Of a stretch of 64,000 nucleotides of DNA, positions 38,616 to 54,606 are shown in pieces (positions within the stretch are counted from its first letter, which is position 1; every line of letters starts with the position of its first letter). Position numbers and translations under genes: made by a program. This stretch comes from Octopus sinensis. Lineage: Eukaryota. The stretch lies in assembly GCF_006345805.1 (NCBI RefSeq), contig NC_043003.1:44392001-44456000 (forward strand). The letters run 5' to 3'. The notes beneath the pieces were generated by a model. The model saw only the letters and a program-made list of their open reading frames with translations, had not been told where the DNA came from and ran no database searches.

Positions 38616-40017
38616 ATAGCACTCTCTGTAAGTGGCTAGATGTTAAACGTTGCTGTGAAAAAAATGGATATGACTAAGGAAAGAGTGAAAATAGATTATG
38701 GACATACTAAGAAATTATGTTTGTATTTATTTTTGGGTAAAACATGCATATGTGTTTCTGCGATTCGTCACATCGTCATAGCTATAGTACGAAAACTTTA
38801 TCGAGAGGTCTTGCAACAATAGTCCCTGGATACTATAGGTTGTTTATCTAACGTTAAAATGCTTAAAGGGAAAAGTGATTTAGTTATTTAAATATACATA
38901 GATTTCTGCCGTAGAATGTATACCTCCAGGTTGTGCTATTAAAATTTTAAAATCGTGATGCTTGGGAGTGAATTCCCATGTAGTTTGTTCAGTGCTACGA
39001 CTAATTCATTCAGGACTGATTTTCTTTTCCAGAAATACGTTGTAAAACATTCTACTTCGTGCGAGGCTAACTTCTTTCCCCTCCATTTTATAAGACTCGA
39101 GAAGCTAAGCTTCTTGATAATCCTGCTAATGGGTAGAGGGTGTGATTTTTATGTTTGTGTGTGTGTATTGATACAACAGACATTCGACAGAGATTTTCGG
39201 TATTCAATAGTATCATAATCAATTGACAATCAGTATAAATACCAAAAATTATTATTTATAAATTTATGGATGTAACACTGAAATAAATTTAACCATCCAC
39301 GTCCTGAATCTGTGCGCACTGTCATTTCTGCATTGTTCTGACAGTTATGTGTCTGTGTCCATCAGAGCTTTTAGGTGCAGCTGTCATATTTGTCGCATAC
39401 TGTCCTCAATACAATCCTGAGAGATTCTTGGAGTCACTGGTCTCTTCGTATTGCAGTGCCTAGTACTGTTCATCATAGTGTTCGCCTTCACGGGAAGATT
39501 AATTAATTTGTTTTTAGGAGGTGAGATTAGTGAGGATCCCGGCAAAAGTCCTTCACGGGCATCATTATCACAGTTATCAAAATGGGACACTAATACTCCG
39601 GGATTTGAACTTCTCCCAGAGTGAAATGTAGCTAGCCAAACTTTCAACTATCGTTTGGTTATTTGGATGGTATTTTTGTCTCTGTATTAGCAATAACATA
39701 TGTTTTGCTCATCACTAGATTCCCTATGACGGATGGCATGCGTGAAACTCATCTTCCCTGGGACTGGGATAATTTCATATCTATTACACCAAGGATCAGG
39801 ATATCACCAGATTATTGTGCTCATACACACTAGTGAAGGTGATCACTTCCTCCAGACAAAATAAACTCAACACTAATGCATTATATATTATGTTACCCTG
39901 GTTAGGGTATTTATTAATCTCTTCAATTGTGTGTGTCGTGAAGTTGGTGGTGCTGGGGTTAGACGCAAAATTGCTGAACAGTGTTAAGCTCGGTATACGC
40001 TGTTTGAACAATAAGTA

Positions 40018-40855
40018 TAAGAACTGTTGTCATAGTAATGAAGCCAAAGCACGCAGAGTAAAGTCGATGGGCGAAAAGTGATTTTGTCCGCTACTATGCA
40101 CGCACACTAAGTTTTGGCATTCTAGCGCAGTTCCGCTGTTTACAGCAGTGTTTGGAAGGAAGGTATGTAGCGTGTGATCGTCGCATTGATAATAACGAAG
40201 AAAGTTGTCATAGTGATACCTGATTAGAGGGCTATACAACATTGCAGAAAGTCTATCATGAGGAGTATATAAGCCACACACAATGTACGAGTGGTTCAAA
40301 CGTTTCCAAATTGGCCGGAAAAATGTCTGTATCGACGAAGGTTCTCGGAGAACCGCGGCTAGCAGAACCAAGAAAAGCAGCGCAGATTGCCTGTATCCGT
40401 GATGGAATATCGGCGATTAACCATCCATGAGTTATCAGAGGCTGTACAGAGTAGCGTTTCTTCAGTTCAGCTCATTATCACTAAAGATTTGGGAATATGT
40501 GTCTGGCAAGTGTGTGCCAAAACTGCTTTCAGCTGACCAAAATGACACTCGGGTTTCAGTTGCACAAGATTTCGTCCATTGTGTCGAGAAAGAATAACAC
40601 TTTTTTTTAAACATTGCCTTGGTCTTTGTGCAGTTATCAACAAGCTTCTAGCAAAATTTGATGCAGATTCTCTGCTCAAACTTTCTCTATCATGTTCAGT
40701 GTGACGTACCTTTCTTCCAAGCACTGTTGTAAACAGCGGAATTGAACTATAACCTTAACACATAGTGCGTATGCACAGCAGAATTCAAGATCGATCTGAG
40801 CCAAGCGGCTTCACTCTGCATGTTTTAGCTTCGTTGCTATCGCAACAGTCTGGAT
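40018..40855 (+). mobile_element. Internally deleted mariner with ~150 bp imperfect TIRs
   Basis: N-terminal mariner motifs YEWFKRFQIGR, RRLTIHELSE, CVPKLLSADQ (frameshifted). 40023-40168 and 40703-40849 are inverted homologues; TA at both ends. Confidence 0.75.
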
Positions 40856-41768
40856 ACATATTGATCAGACCACGTATAGACACACTTCACTTGTCAATTG
40901 ACATTTAAGTTCTTCGTCACGATTATCCATATGGATTTATTGAATATTCATTGATAAAGTCCGAAGTTATTGTTTTCTTTCTTACATTCCGAAAGCGCAG
41001 AATAGACAACACGAACTTAGCTTTGCTTTGATTATGTTATTCAACGCATAATGGTATTTGCATCGGTATTAGAACGCAAGGCAACAATTACGAACAGCAT
41101 AGACCACTTTTCGTCCTGTAGCCAAACATTAAAATAAGGAAACGAATACTGAATTATGATAACATGCTGGAAATATGGATAGACTTAATCATTCTATTTA
41201 CCATTACAGCTTAGCTGCTTTGTAGTCTATCAACATACAGGAACTAATTTTAAGGGACACATGGCCACCTATGTCCATCGACTGGAACATTTCTATAGTG
41301 GCACATGTTTGTCTCAACATAATTTTACCGTGATAGCAAAAGACTTGACAAAATTTAATTTTTGCCATCTTTGATTTGGACACGCAGTCGTCCTTTATTG
41401 GACACATACAACCCTATAATTTTCTTCCAGTCTTACAATTACAACAGCAAAAGACATTTTGATGATGGGCATAAGCAATAGGAACATTATGAAGAAAATG
41501 TAAAGTCTGTTATTATTTTTTTTTAATTAAAATTATTTTATCGACATTCCTAATGGAAATAAAGCGTATAATATTTGGAAAAATATCTTCATTTCTCCGA
41601 AATGTTATAATGGGCAAGGATGATATATAATCGTCAATGCACACATGCGCACACAGACACACAGACACACAGACACACACACATACACAATCTCACATAC
41701 ACACCACACATATATTTCTCTGTGTATATATGCATATGCATACATTTGCATGTATATATATGTATACG

Positions 41769-41803
<35 letters not shown>

Positions 41804-41840
41804 ATATATATATATATATAAATGTATGTATATATGTACG

Positions 41841-41888
<48 letters not shown>

Positions 41889-41908
41889 GTGTATATATTT
41901 GTATGTAA

Positions 41909-41964
<56 letters not shown>

Positions 41965-41999
41965 ATATATTTGTATGTAAATGTATATATATATATATA

Positions 42000-42178
42000 C
42001 TTTATTTTAAGCAGCAGAAAATTCAACAAAATCTGTTACTCTGAGTTTCTCGTTGCCGTTCATCAGAGTAACAGATTTTGTTGAATTTTCTGCTGCTTAA
42101 AATAAAGCATATTACTCTACCACTGGTATTTGAGTACTCTTTTTTCCACCTTGTTTCACATTTATGTGTTTACTCCGG
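42000..42178. mobile_element. Small fold-back insertion in (TA)n: perfect 45 bp inverted repeat, 18 nt loop, plus ~70 bp tail; probable PLE terminal remnant
   Basis: 42000-42044 is the exact reverse complement of 42063-42107; minus strand contains CTGATGA-ACGGCAACGA-GAAA-CTCAGAG-TA. Confidence 0.7.
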
Positions 42179-44479
42179 TATATATATATATATATATATC
42201 TATATATATATATATATATATATATATGTAAATGTGTGTTTGTGTGTGTAAATATATGTATGCTTTTTATATATTATCGTGCATATATATATATCCGCAG
42301 ACACACGCATACACTCAAATCCACAGACACACGGACACACACATGTATATGCAATTCTATATTTTAAAGAGTTGTAAATATGACAACATGAATTAAGATC
42401 ATTAAGAAAAATTAGCTTAATTCACAGTAGAATTTGATACCTAACTAAATTCCACTCCCTGCATATTGATTTTTACACAGTGAACTGTAATTCTCATATT
42501 CAAATTATAGCTCTAATTTGGTCAAAGGTTATTCCGTAGAAAAAAATAAATTCGAGATTATGAACTAATATCAGGGGTGAATTACAAAATGATTATATTC
42601 GATTTATTGACTAATAACTGCATGTATTAAAATAATTCATTTATTTTATTCAATTTACATCTGTTTTTAAGAACATCTTTAGAATATTTTTGATTCTTAA
42701 TAAATTTCATGTATAGTTTTAATTACTCTGCAGTGAATGCACCTCACATGACCTGGTAATTATCTCTGAATATTAAAGCTAAGAAGTCAAGAGACATGTA
42801 CACTTTTAATATTCTGACTTTTCGCTCAGAATGTCTGAAATTTTATATGGCTGCTATTTTCTAATTTTCAACTTTATTTTTTTGTTATATCTGTATATAG
42901 GCTAAAAATTGTAACACCCAATTCACTGAAAGCTAAATTCATTTCTTCAATCGATTTTTATTTTGTATAGAAAACAGAAATTTTTCCTTTCTGTACAATA
43001 ATTGCTTGTGATATTTTCTCTCACTCATCTCTAAGATTTTCCGACACATCTAGTTAAGGAGGGTGTGAGTACTTGGCTGCTTAACCTACAAGAAATATGA
43101 CTAAATTTATAAAAGCAACTCATTGAACGGATTGCTAGAAGAGGAAATACAGTTACTATGACACATTTCTGTACCTGCGTGACCTGTGATATTATAAGCG
43201 GAAGTTATCGAGAGCCAGAGAGCAGAATGTTTCTATCAGCGTGGTAAAAAGTTTTAGGTGTTAATGATTTGAGTGAGATAAACCTATCTAATCAAGTACA
43301 ATAACTTACATCTGATGGTAAGTATACAGTTTCCATCAGCTAAATGTTATCATCGGTGGTCGGTGTGAAGTTATAGCAGAATGAATAGAAAAAAAGTGCC
43401 TCTTATTTATATTGAAAACAATACCAATGTACTGCAAAGCGAAATACATAACCTACAAAATACCCAAGTCAAATTACATGCAATTCTCGTAAGACACAGT
43501 CATAAAACAAATCAGGTTATTCGTTTAAAAATGCGATTTATGATCTATAGCTGTTTGGAAAACTGGACGGCTACATTTAGAATATATTTTGATATATATT
43601 TTATGTGTGTATATTGATAATTAGATAACATTCAACAGTTTTATGTATCTTTAAATTGAAATGATAAAAAATAACATCAGCTGCCAGAAAACCTAGGTAT
43701 TAGAAGATTTACACTCGAATAGAGATACATATACGTGACCCACATATAGAGAAGAATATATATTCTAACACACAGACAGACAATGCACATTCTGGCGCAA
43801 ACAAACAAGCACATGTTGTTTCGATTTTTTTTACATTGACATGTAGATATACATGGTTTCATAATAGTACAGATGCAAACATTAACACAAAGTACAGAAA
43901 CTAATTTCGCAAGGCATATATTAAAATTAGAAGTGCAGATGTTACTGATTAAAGGTATGTGACTGCAAACAGAAGCACAATTGTTATCATAATGTTTGGG
44001 GACAATAAGTCACTTCAAATCTCAAGTAAGTTTCTTAAGCATTCTTGCATAATTCAGAATGGCACTTTTCTGCCGATCGAGTGAGCAAAGCTCAATCCCA
44101 ATATTTTTCACTGTGATAGGTATCAGTTTGTGGCAATTGTAACAGTTACCACAGGAATAATGGTTTCCTCAGTCTTCCAGCTGACATTTTTTATTCTTTT
44201 TCTATATCCGCTGTGTTATATGGTAGTGGAAAGTCAATGGTTTGATATTTGCTTCTTTCATTTTTGCTAGTCATATCTAATCGTCTTGCCGCAGCTGTAT
44301 GATGAGTATGTAGGGGAAAGACCCATACAATCTTATATTGTTATTCTTTATCACAGCCTTAGGATCACATTCATCTAACGTTTCTGTTCATTCAAATCAT
44401 ACACCAACTTAAAATTTTAATGCATTCTTGTACTTACAAATCATGCCTGCATTTATACATTTTCATACTAGATTTCTGC

Positions 44480-45678
<1,199 letters not shown>

Positions 45679-45789
45679 TTCGCTAAGGAGGTGGTTAAGA
45701 TTTTGTATTTAGTTTAACTAAGATTCTTTGATTTTTGCTTCTATAAGATTCGCAGTAATGGCGTGTTCTTTAAGAACTACATCTAGTGC

Positions 45790-46200
45790 TTCGGTTTTTC
45801 GTTCTACTTTTATGACCGCCAGCTATACCCTCAATTTTTGTGTCCAACATCATCGGTTTGTGATGTAAATAGGCCATGCACTTCTATTTCTTTCCACATG
45901 CTAGTTCAATTATTTTTCTATCTGTTTTTCAAAATTTTCTACTGTTTTAGTTAGTATCTGTTGCATTTCTGGCTACCGATATGTATTCCTTCTACACTTG
46001 ATACACCATAAGTTTGCTGACCCAATACTTGCAATACAAACTAACATTAATATGCTTCATTTCTTTCATCATGGTAGGTACAATTTGTCGGTAAATCATT
46101 TCAATGTGGTAAGTGTTGTGAGCAAATCCATTGTTATTCTAAGTTCCGTAGTTCAGTCTTTGTCAAGATTAGAATAGGGGTGATGTATCTTAATGCTGGT
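45790..46200 (-). mobile_element. Possible very old RTE-type LINE remnant
   Basis: Weak minus-strand similarity (KIEGIAGGHKSRTK resembling K.EG.R.RGRP). Confidence 0.3.
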
Positions 46201-46233
46201 ATGGTTCCTGGGTTTATTACTATAATATTTTAA

Positions 46234-46235
<2 letters not shown>

Positions 46236-46294
<59 letters not shown>

Positions 46295-46392
46295 CTTCTT
46301 CTTCTTCTTCTTCTTCTTCTTCTTCTTCTTCTTCTTCTTCTTCTTCTTCCTCTCATCTACTTCTTCTTCTTCTCTTCTTCTACTTCTTCTTC
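46236..46392. repeat. (TATC)n followed by (CTT)n microsatellites
   Basis: Visible runs. Confidence 0.95.
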
Positions 46393-46966
46393 AAAATCAC
46401 ATATTCTTATTCTCTATCATACCTTTAGGATCGTATTCATACAACTTTTCTGTTACTTCAAGTCATACAACCGGCTAAAAGGTCGATGCATTCTTTTACT
46501 TACACAGTCATGCCTGCACTTATACACCTCCTCCACTTCTTCTTCTACCTCCTCCTCCTCCTCATCATCATCATCATCGTTCCCTTTGTTGTTATTAATG
46601 TGACGAGGATATATGTTGCTGATGTGGATAATGAAAATGCAAATATAAAAATGCAGTCATGGTGATCGAAGGACCCGTTGTAATGGCAAGGGGCAATATA
46701 GAGTTAAAATGTGAGACCAAAAAGATTTGGTGTTAGCATAGCTTTTTCTTAATGTGTTAAATGAATCCAAATACTTTTACTTTTTCACTGCATCACATTA
46801 ATAATACAAATATTTAGTACCTAAATAACTGTACACAATACTATTATTGCTGTTCTTTTATATATTTATATATCCTAAATGTTCTTAGGTACAAACTTAC
46901 GCATATATATACATTTATATATCATGCACACATGTTCATATACTTCAACACGTGTGTGTATACATA

Positions 46967-47025
<59 letters not shown>

Positions 47026-47613
47026 CCAATATACATATAGAGAGTTAGATAAATAGATAGACATACATACATATGCATATATATTGTACACAAAATGCAA
47101 TAAACTAAAAAGCTAACATCTGGAATCGATAAAAAGTCTGTATTTCGATGATATATTAACTTTTTCTCGAACGCTGAATCTACCTAAGGCTTAAAGTTTG
47201 GAGATCTATCTAATGCTCGAAGATTAAATGTTTATTACGATATGGGAAAAATGCTATGATCAAAATAAAAAATGTCGCTACACGTTGACCTATGAACTAA
47301 CAAGTAGAAAACTATTTTGGAAATAATCCAGTTGGCAGACAATGCCATAGTAATTATCATGCTAGTTATTTACTAGTATAACTTTTGGTAATATATCTCT
47401 TATTCGGAATTGATCACTTGATGGCATGTCAGTTTCTGATGTAAAACGCTTTTCAATGTGGTATTTGCAATTACATTTTTTTTTCTTTTCTTTATATGCG
47501 TACACAGAAATATCTACCCATATACACGTAGAAACCACAGATGCCGGCATACAGCTAACACTGATCTATATGCTGACGCCACTTACGCCAGTGAATCTTT
47601 GCGAAGATTATAA

Positions 47614-47677
<64 letters not shown>

Positions 47678-47741
47678 ATATATATATATATATGAATATA
47701 TATATATACATATATACATATATACATACATATATATATAC

Positions 47742-47787
<46 letters not shown>

Positions 47788-47983
47788 TATATATGCATGT
47801 ATGTATGTCCATATACGCATCCAGCACTATGACACCTACTTATTTTGATGCATACATTCATGTATACACATTTATATATTCATATATATACATTCATATA
47901 AAAAAAAATATATATATATACACACACATATATATATGTATATACAAACACACACACACACACACAGACACACACACACAGAC

Positions 47984-48024
<41 letters not shown>

Positions 48025-48465
48025 AAAGCGTGTGGTTCTATTTATGTTTGTATGTTAGTGTTGTGTTATGCATAGAAATCATACTTTCCTTCCTCAGTGA
48101 AAAGACAAATATGCACGTACGATAGGATCTTTAGAAAATATTGAGATGTACTGCATTTCATGTAGTAGGTACAATACATTTTACAGATATATGTAACTTC
48201 AATTTACCATATACTATATATCCAATATATAAAATAAATAAATAGGCGGATATAATTCATGTGTACATATAGAAATAACGGATCGGCTTTTGAACTAATG
48301 CAAACACTTTTCTTGTCGCAAAATATTTCGTGAAGTATTTTGTTCAGAAGGCAGTGATACATTCATATATCAGATTAACAAACACACACAGAGTATGATT
48401 CATAGACTTCGTTGTATGTGAGCTGCAAGGACGTCTGCGTATGAATTACTGTTTCGAATGTAAGA

Positions 48466-48516
<51 letters not shown>

Positions 48517-48876
48517 TTGTGTGTGTGTATGTGTGAGTGTATTTTGTACATTAGTGTTTACATAAGCACGCTTATATACGTTCGAATATGTACGTATGTG
48601 TATATACAACTATATTTAAATTCATACATAGAGACATATAGGAAATACATGCGTGCATATAGATATAGTATATGCATAACTGCATATACACAGAAACACA
48701 CACACACACACAGACGTATAGGTGACTGTGTATTTCTTGTATGCATACAGTTGTTTAAATATAGGCTTATATTGCTATACACATTTAAAGGACTATATAG
48801 GGCATTCACACAGAATTAATCTGTCTAGGTATCCTTCTGCTCATCTGTATATTTATATTTATCTCTTGCTCACTCC

Positions 48877-48920
<44 letters not shown>

Positions 48921-49092
48921 ATATATATATATAAAATTAAAACAGATATGTGCGTGTATTCGTTTTTCACGCGATAACACCTCTACGCGATTTGCTTCCA
49001 TTGTTGTGATGCATGAATAATTTGACCTTTGAAACATAATAGGCTCTTCAGCGTTTGATTGTTTTAATTAACAATGAGCAATATTGCTTTAT

Positions 49093-49183
<91 letters not shown>

Positions 49184-49192
49184 TATATATAC

Positions 49193-49236
<44 letters not shown>

Positions 49237-49679
49237 ATGTATATAATTCACTTTAAAATGTTTTCCTATTATTAATTTCCGGTATTGACATAGCAACGGC
49301 GAAATTTTCCGTTTTCATTTACGGAATCTCTCACTCTCTATTTTAATATTTTCATTTGAAGCTTTACTTCACTATTTTCAAACAACTAGAATAAATTTCT
49401 GAACGTAATGTTTACTAAGTACCTAAATTTTGCTTGAACCCGCACACTTCGCTACTCTACTTACTTTTTGCGCGCCCTATTCAGCTCTATATATTTGCAT
49501 TCAGTCGCATACGCATGCGTATGTTTCGGTATGCAAGTTTGTATACATTCATGTATGAGTGTGCATCTGAGAGAGACAAAGAGCCAGAGAGCAAGAGACA
49601 GAGAGAGTGTGTGTGAGTGATGCCTAAGTGGCACTCAGTATTTTTCTGTATCTCTCTCATACACATACATAAAAAAAGG

Positions 49680-50584
49680 TCCTGGTAAGACCTTACAGGA
49701 CATAAATGTCCTGTGACTATAAATGTATGGGAGGAGTTACATTAGTTTCATAAGGAAACTTCAGTCTTAAATTACCAGTCATTCAGTGACGCACAAGATT
49801 TGATGAAATAAAAGCATGCATTAAGTCTTCAAATCTATGGAATATTGTGCAGTAATTCTCCTTCAATACTAACGTGCGAGCTTTATTACACAGGGACAAA
49901 ATGTGCAGAGCAGTTTTCAAACTGCTTCCTCCAATTAGGAAATGGGAAAGTGATATCAATTTGGAAAAAGGAAATGAGAAAAGTGATATGAATTTGGCTC
50001 ATATTGTTATTATGGTGAATTCCTCAGCTGAATTGAAGAACAAAGTATTTCCAGATTTAAGTAATGATTATAATTCACATAAATCGTTGTTCTTCAAAAG
50101 ATGAGGTAGTAGCAGGGATTAATCACGAAATAATGAAGATTAAAATAGTCATTAATGAGTACAAATAAGTTGATTCAGCCATTGATGAATGTCAAGTTGT
50201 CCATTACATAACATAATATCTTAATTCTCTTTAGCCACTTTGAACTTCAAAATGTGATAGAAATCCGGGGAAGAGCTTTTTAAATCCGAGGATAAAAAAA
50301 GCAATATGCTATTTAAGTTCACACTACGACTTCGCTTTGCAATGTCTATTAATAAAACTCAAGGGAAAAGTTTGAAATCTACTCGCTTGCACTTAATTGA
50401 GACCTGCTTTTCTCATGGTCAAATTTATGTTGACTACTCCAGGGTTAGTAGTTTGCAAGACTTATTTGTCTATGCTCAAGCGGAAAAGGAATAAAGTTGT
50501 TTACTCAGAAGCTCTCACGTAATTTACTTTGACATGTGATATAATCTATCTCCCCTCATAAAAGGGGTAAATTTTCTATTTTCG
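49680..50584 (+). mobile_element. Helitron remnant, PIF1-like helicase C-terminal part
   Basis: MGGVTLV..GNF..LPVI..TRFDEIKACIKSSNLW, NVRALL, LGNG, then LRLRFAMSINKTQGKSL...CFSHGQIYVDYSRV, VVYSEAL; degenerate. Confidence 0.85.
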
Positions 50585-50760
<176 letters not shown>

Positions 50761-53700
50761 CATTCCGTAGTTTTATTTTTATAGCGTGTTTTTACTTCAC
50801 TACCGAGCGCAGCTCTGTGTGCCTTGGGTATGTGCTGTGATTTGTTGTGATGCTCTGATGGTTATTGTATGGAAAGTGTTCTGCGTAGGATGTGTGCAGT
50901 GCCTAGTAGAGCAATTTTCTGTATGTTATATGTATTTGTAAGTCCTGGTGTTTTTGTTATGTATTTGTGTGAATATTTTTTATCATGCCTAATGCACCTA
51001 CTATGATAGGAATTGTTTCTGTTTTCAGATTCCACATTCTAGTTACCTCTATTTCCAGGTCTTTGTATTTTGAGAGTTTCTCCATTTCTTTTAGAGTGAC
51101 GTTGTCATCTGCCGGTATTGATACATCAATTAGAAAGCATTTTTCCCATGATCTCTGACAACTATATCTGGTATGTTGGCCTTAATTTCTCTATCTGTGT
51201 GTATCGGCATATCCCAGTGTATGGTTGCTTTCTCGTTTTCTGTGACCTTTTCTGGTGTGTGCCTATACCATCTTTTTTCTGTTGTTATTCCATAATGTTG
51301 GCATAGCTTCCAATGTATGTAGGTTCCAACTCTGTCATGTCTGTGAATATATTCCTTCTTAGCCAGGACTGGGCAGCTACAGATAATATGATTTATTGTT
51401 TCTTGTCCATCTCCACATATTCTGCAGTTACTTGTAATATTTCTTTTCATTACATGTTTTTGGTAATTTCTGGTGGGGAGGCTTTGGTCTTGTGCTGCAA
51501 TTAAAAATCCCTCTGTTTCTGCTTTGAGTCATGAGCTTATCAACCATTGCTGGGATGTTTCTTTGTCTATTTCTTTTGCGTTTAGCTTAGTCCAGTATTT
51601 ACCATGAAGGGGCTTTTCTTGCCATCGTTTTATCATGGTTCGTTGCTGTTCTATTTTTAGTTTGGATTTCATTTGTTTTATAGCTTTTGTTGTTTCTTCA
51701 TCTTCTTCTTCTTCATGTTTATTAGGTGGTATGATTTCTTGTTTGTATTTGTCAGCTTCCTTAAATACTGAGAACAGTGTTTTTGTTTTGCTCGTGTTTT
51801 GCTGCTATCTGGATCAGTTTTCCTTCCTTCTGAAGTAGATATTTTTGCAGTTCTATGGTGGTTATTTTATAGTAGTTTTCCAGCTGTATAAGGCCTCTAC
51901 CACCTTCTATACGTTGTATATATAGTCTTTCTATGTCAGATTTTGGGTGATGCATCCTAGATCCTGTCAGTATTTTTCTTGTTTTCCTATATATTTTGGA
52001 CAGTTCATTTCGTGTCCAGTTAAGGATATTGTAGCTGTAACATATAACTGGGACAGCTAATGTGTTGATACTTATTATCTTGTTTTTAGCATTGAGCTCT
52101 GTTTTTAGTATTGATCTAACTCGTCTATAATATTCTTTTTTTATTTTCTCTTTCATTTATGTGTGTTGTGTCTTATCTAGTTCATGGATTCCTAAGTATT
52201 TGTAAGTTTGGCTTTGGTCTAATTCTTTTATTTCATTGGTTTTATCTAGTGTGATGTTGTTACTCTTAACTAGTTTTCCTCTTTTCATGGTTACTTTGGC
52301 GCATTTTTCTAATGAATTTTATGATTGTTGGTGCTACTTTGTTAATGGCTAGTGTTTCGAGGATCCATGTGTGGGGGATGCTATCAAACGCCTTTTTGTA
52401 GTCAATCCAGGCCATACTGAGGCCTTTCATCTTTCTGTTGCTGTCTTCAGTTACGGCTTTATTATCATTAGTTGATCTTTACAGCCATATGAGCCTTTCG
52501 GCATCCTTTCTGCTCTTCTGGGAACAGTTTGTTTTCGTCCAGGTGCTTGTTCAGCCTTTGCGATATCACTGCAGTAAATGCCTTGAACATAGTAGGGAGG
52601 CAGGTTATTGGTCTGTAGTTTTCTGGTTTTGCTGTTTCATTTGATTTGGGAATTAAGATGGTTTTCCCCTTCTTGAGCCATTCAGGCATTGTCTCTGGCT
52701 CTGCTATTATGCTGTTAAAGTTTTCAGCCAGCTTTTTGTGCATTCCTGTTAGATATTTCAACCAGAAGTTGGGGATCTTGTCATGCCCAGGTGCCTTCCA
52801 GTTGCTTAGTCTTTGCAGTGCCTGGGTGACTTCTTCAGTTGTTATGGGGGTCCAAAGTTGTTCAGATGCCGAGTTTGTTATTTTGGTACTCCTTTTTTTT
52901 TGGTGGTTCGTTCGCCGACCATATTTCTCTCCAGAATTCTTCCAATTCTTCTGCCGTTGGTGCTGCAGTGACTTCTATTTTATTTTTGCCCATTCTTGGT
53001 AGAACTTTTTGGGGTTGGAGTTGAACTTTTTGTTCTGTTCAAAGAAGCGTTGGCGTTTCTCGTACCGGCGGATCCTTTGAGCTTTGGCAAGGATATCTTG
53101 CTTCAGCTTTTCTTTTATCTCCGGCAAATCTTTTTCTGTGATGTTATATTTGCGGAGTATTTTTGTTCTCTTTTTGTTGCTCAGTAGCGTTGATTGCTGA
53201 TTTCATTAAGAATCGACAGGTCTTTTCTAATTTTTTTTATTTTGTTTTAGATGTTATTTATCCACAGGGTTTGTTTGGGTGGTGGTACTCCTGTTTGGGC
53301 GGGTTTGGGTGAGTATCCAACTTCTTTTGTGGTTGCAGTGGCCGCTGCGTACACTAAGTCATTTTGCTCAGTGATATCACTTTTTTTTGTTTCAGTGGCT
53401 ATTAGTTCAGTGACGGCTAGGTTTATGCTGTTTATATTTGTTGTTGTTATTTCGTTTATTTTGATTCTTGGGAGGTATGGTCGGTGGTCCATTTTGGGCT
53501 CTGTGGTTTTCAGTTCTTTGATTATTTTATTTTTTATATTATCATAATCATTAGGCTCCCCTTCGTTGTTTACATCGTGTTTGTTGGGAATGTTGCGTTT
53601 GTCTTCGTGCTTTACAGTTTCAGTGTTTATATTATTGGGCATTGTTGTGTGGCTTCTATCTACATTTTCCTGGTGTATTTTTTCTTTTAAATGTTCTATT

Positions 53701-54420
53701 TCTATTTCTGATATTTTTTTGGCTTTGAGAATGTATCTTCGTACGTTAGCTAATTCATTAGGGTTCATTGCTGTATCCAAGTCTATATCTCTATTATTTT
53801 CCTTCCATATTTTATATGTATGTGTTGTTGTATTTTCATGTTTTGGGTAGAGCATTGCTGTAAAGTATGCGTGTAAGATAGAAATGTATTCCTCACGTGT
53901 CCATTTACGTCTTTTGTGTTTTATTTGCGGGACATGAGGTACAACGTCCGGCCCATTATTTTGACGGTCGTCATTTTCGTAGGGTACCGGTCCGTTTATT
54001 TCTGTTGTCACATTATTTCGCACGTGTAGTTTTTCGAACATTTTTTGTTGTAAGTTTAATGTACGTACCACTCGATAGTTATTCTTGGATTGAATAGTAT
54101 CGGTGGCATTTAATTTGTTCGTAGTTCCTTTGTACATGGTGTTTGGGGTCGGGGATGATCGTGATGTTCCACGCATGTTTACATGTGTTGTGTTAGAGGT
54201 GGAGATGATATCGAGTCAAAATATATCATTTCGTTTCGAAAATAGTAATAAATTTCAATTAGTATTACTTACTCGGATACAGTCCAATTCTTTGTTAGTA
54301 AATCTTTGGCTCCATAGGATGTCCTTGTTTTCGATGTTTGTGGATAGATTTCGGAGCTCTGTATTTTCCTTCTTACATCTTAAACGTCCCCCAGTGTTCT
54401 CTTTAAACGTCCCCCGGGGT
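50761..54420 (-). mobile_element. R4/Dong-clade non-LTR retrotransposon, subfamily A copy 2; near full length, 317 bp RT-core deletion
   Basis: Colinear with 3984-6735; adds a 309-aa N-terminal ORF (53247-54176, KRRKWTREEY...IWKENN...ELANVRRYILK); (TAA)n on both flanks. Confidence 0.93.

Positions 54421-54606
<186 letters not shown>

Noticed and set aside
54180-54420. HDV-like ribozyme at the 5' end of Dong copy 2
   Set aside because: No nested double-pseudoknot could be drawn by eye; the region instead reads as an open frame, so the element may still be slightly truncated.
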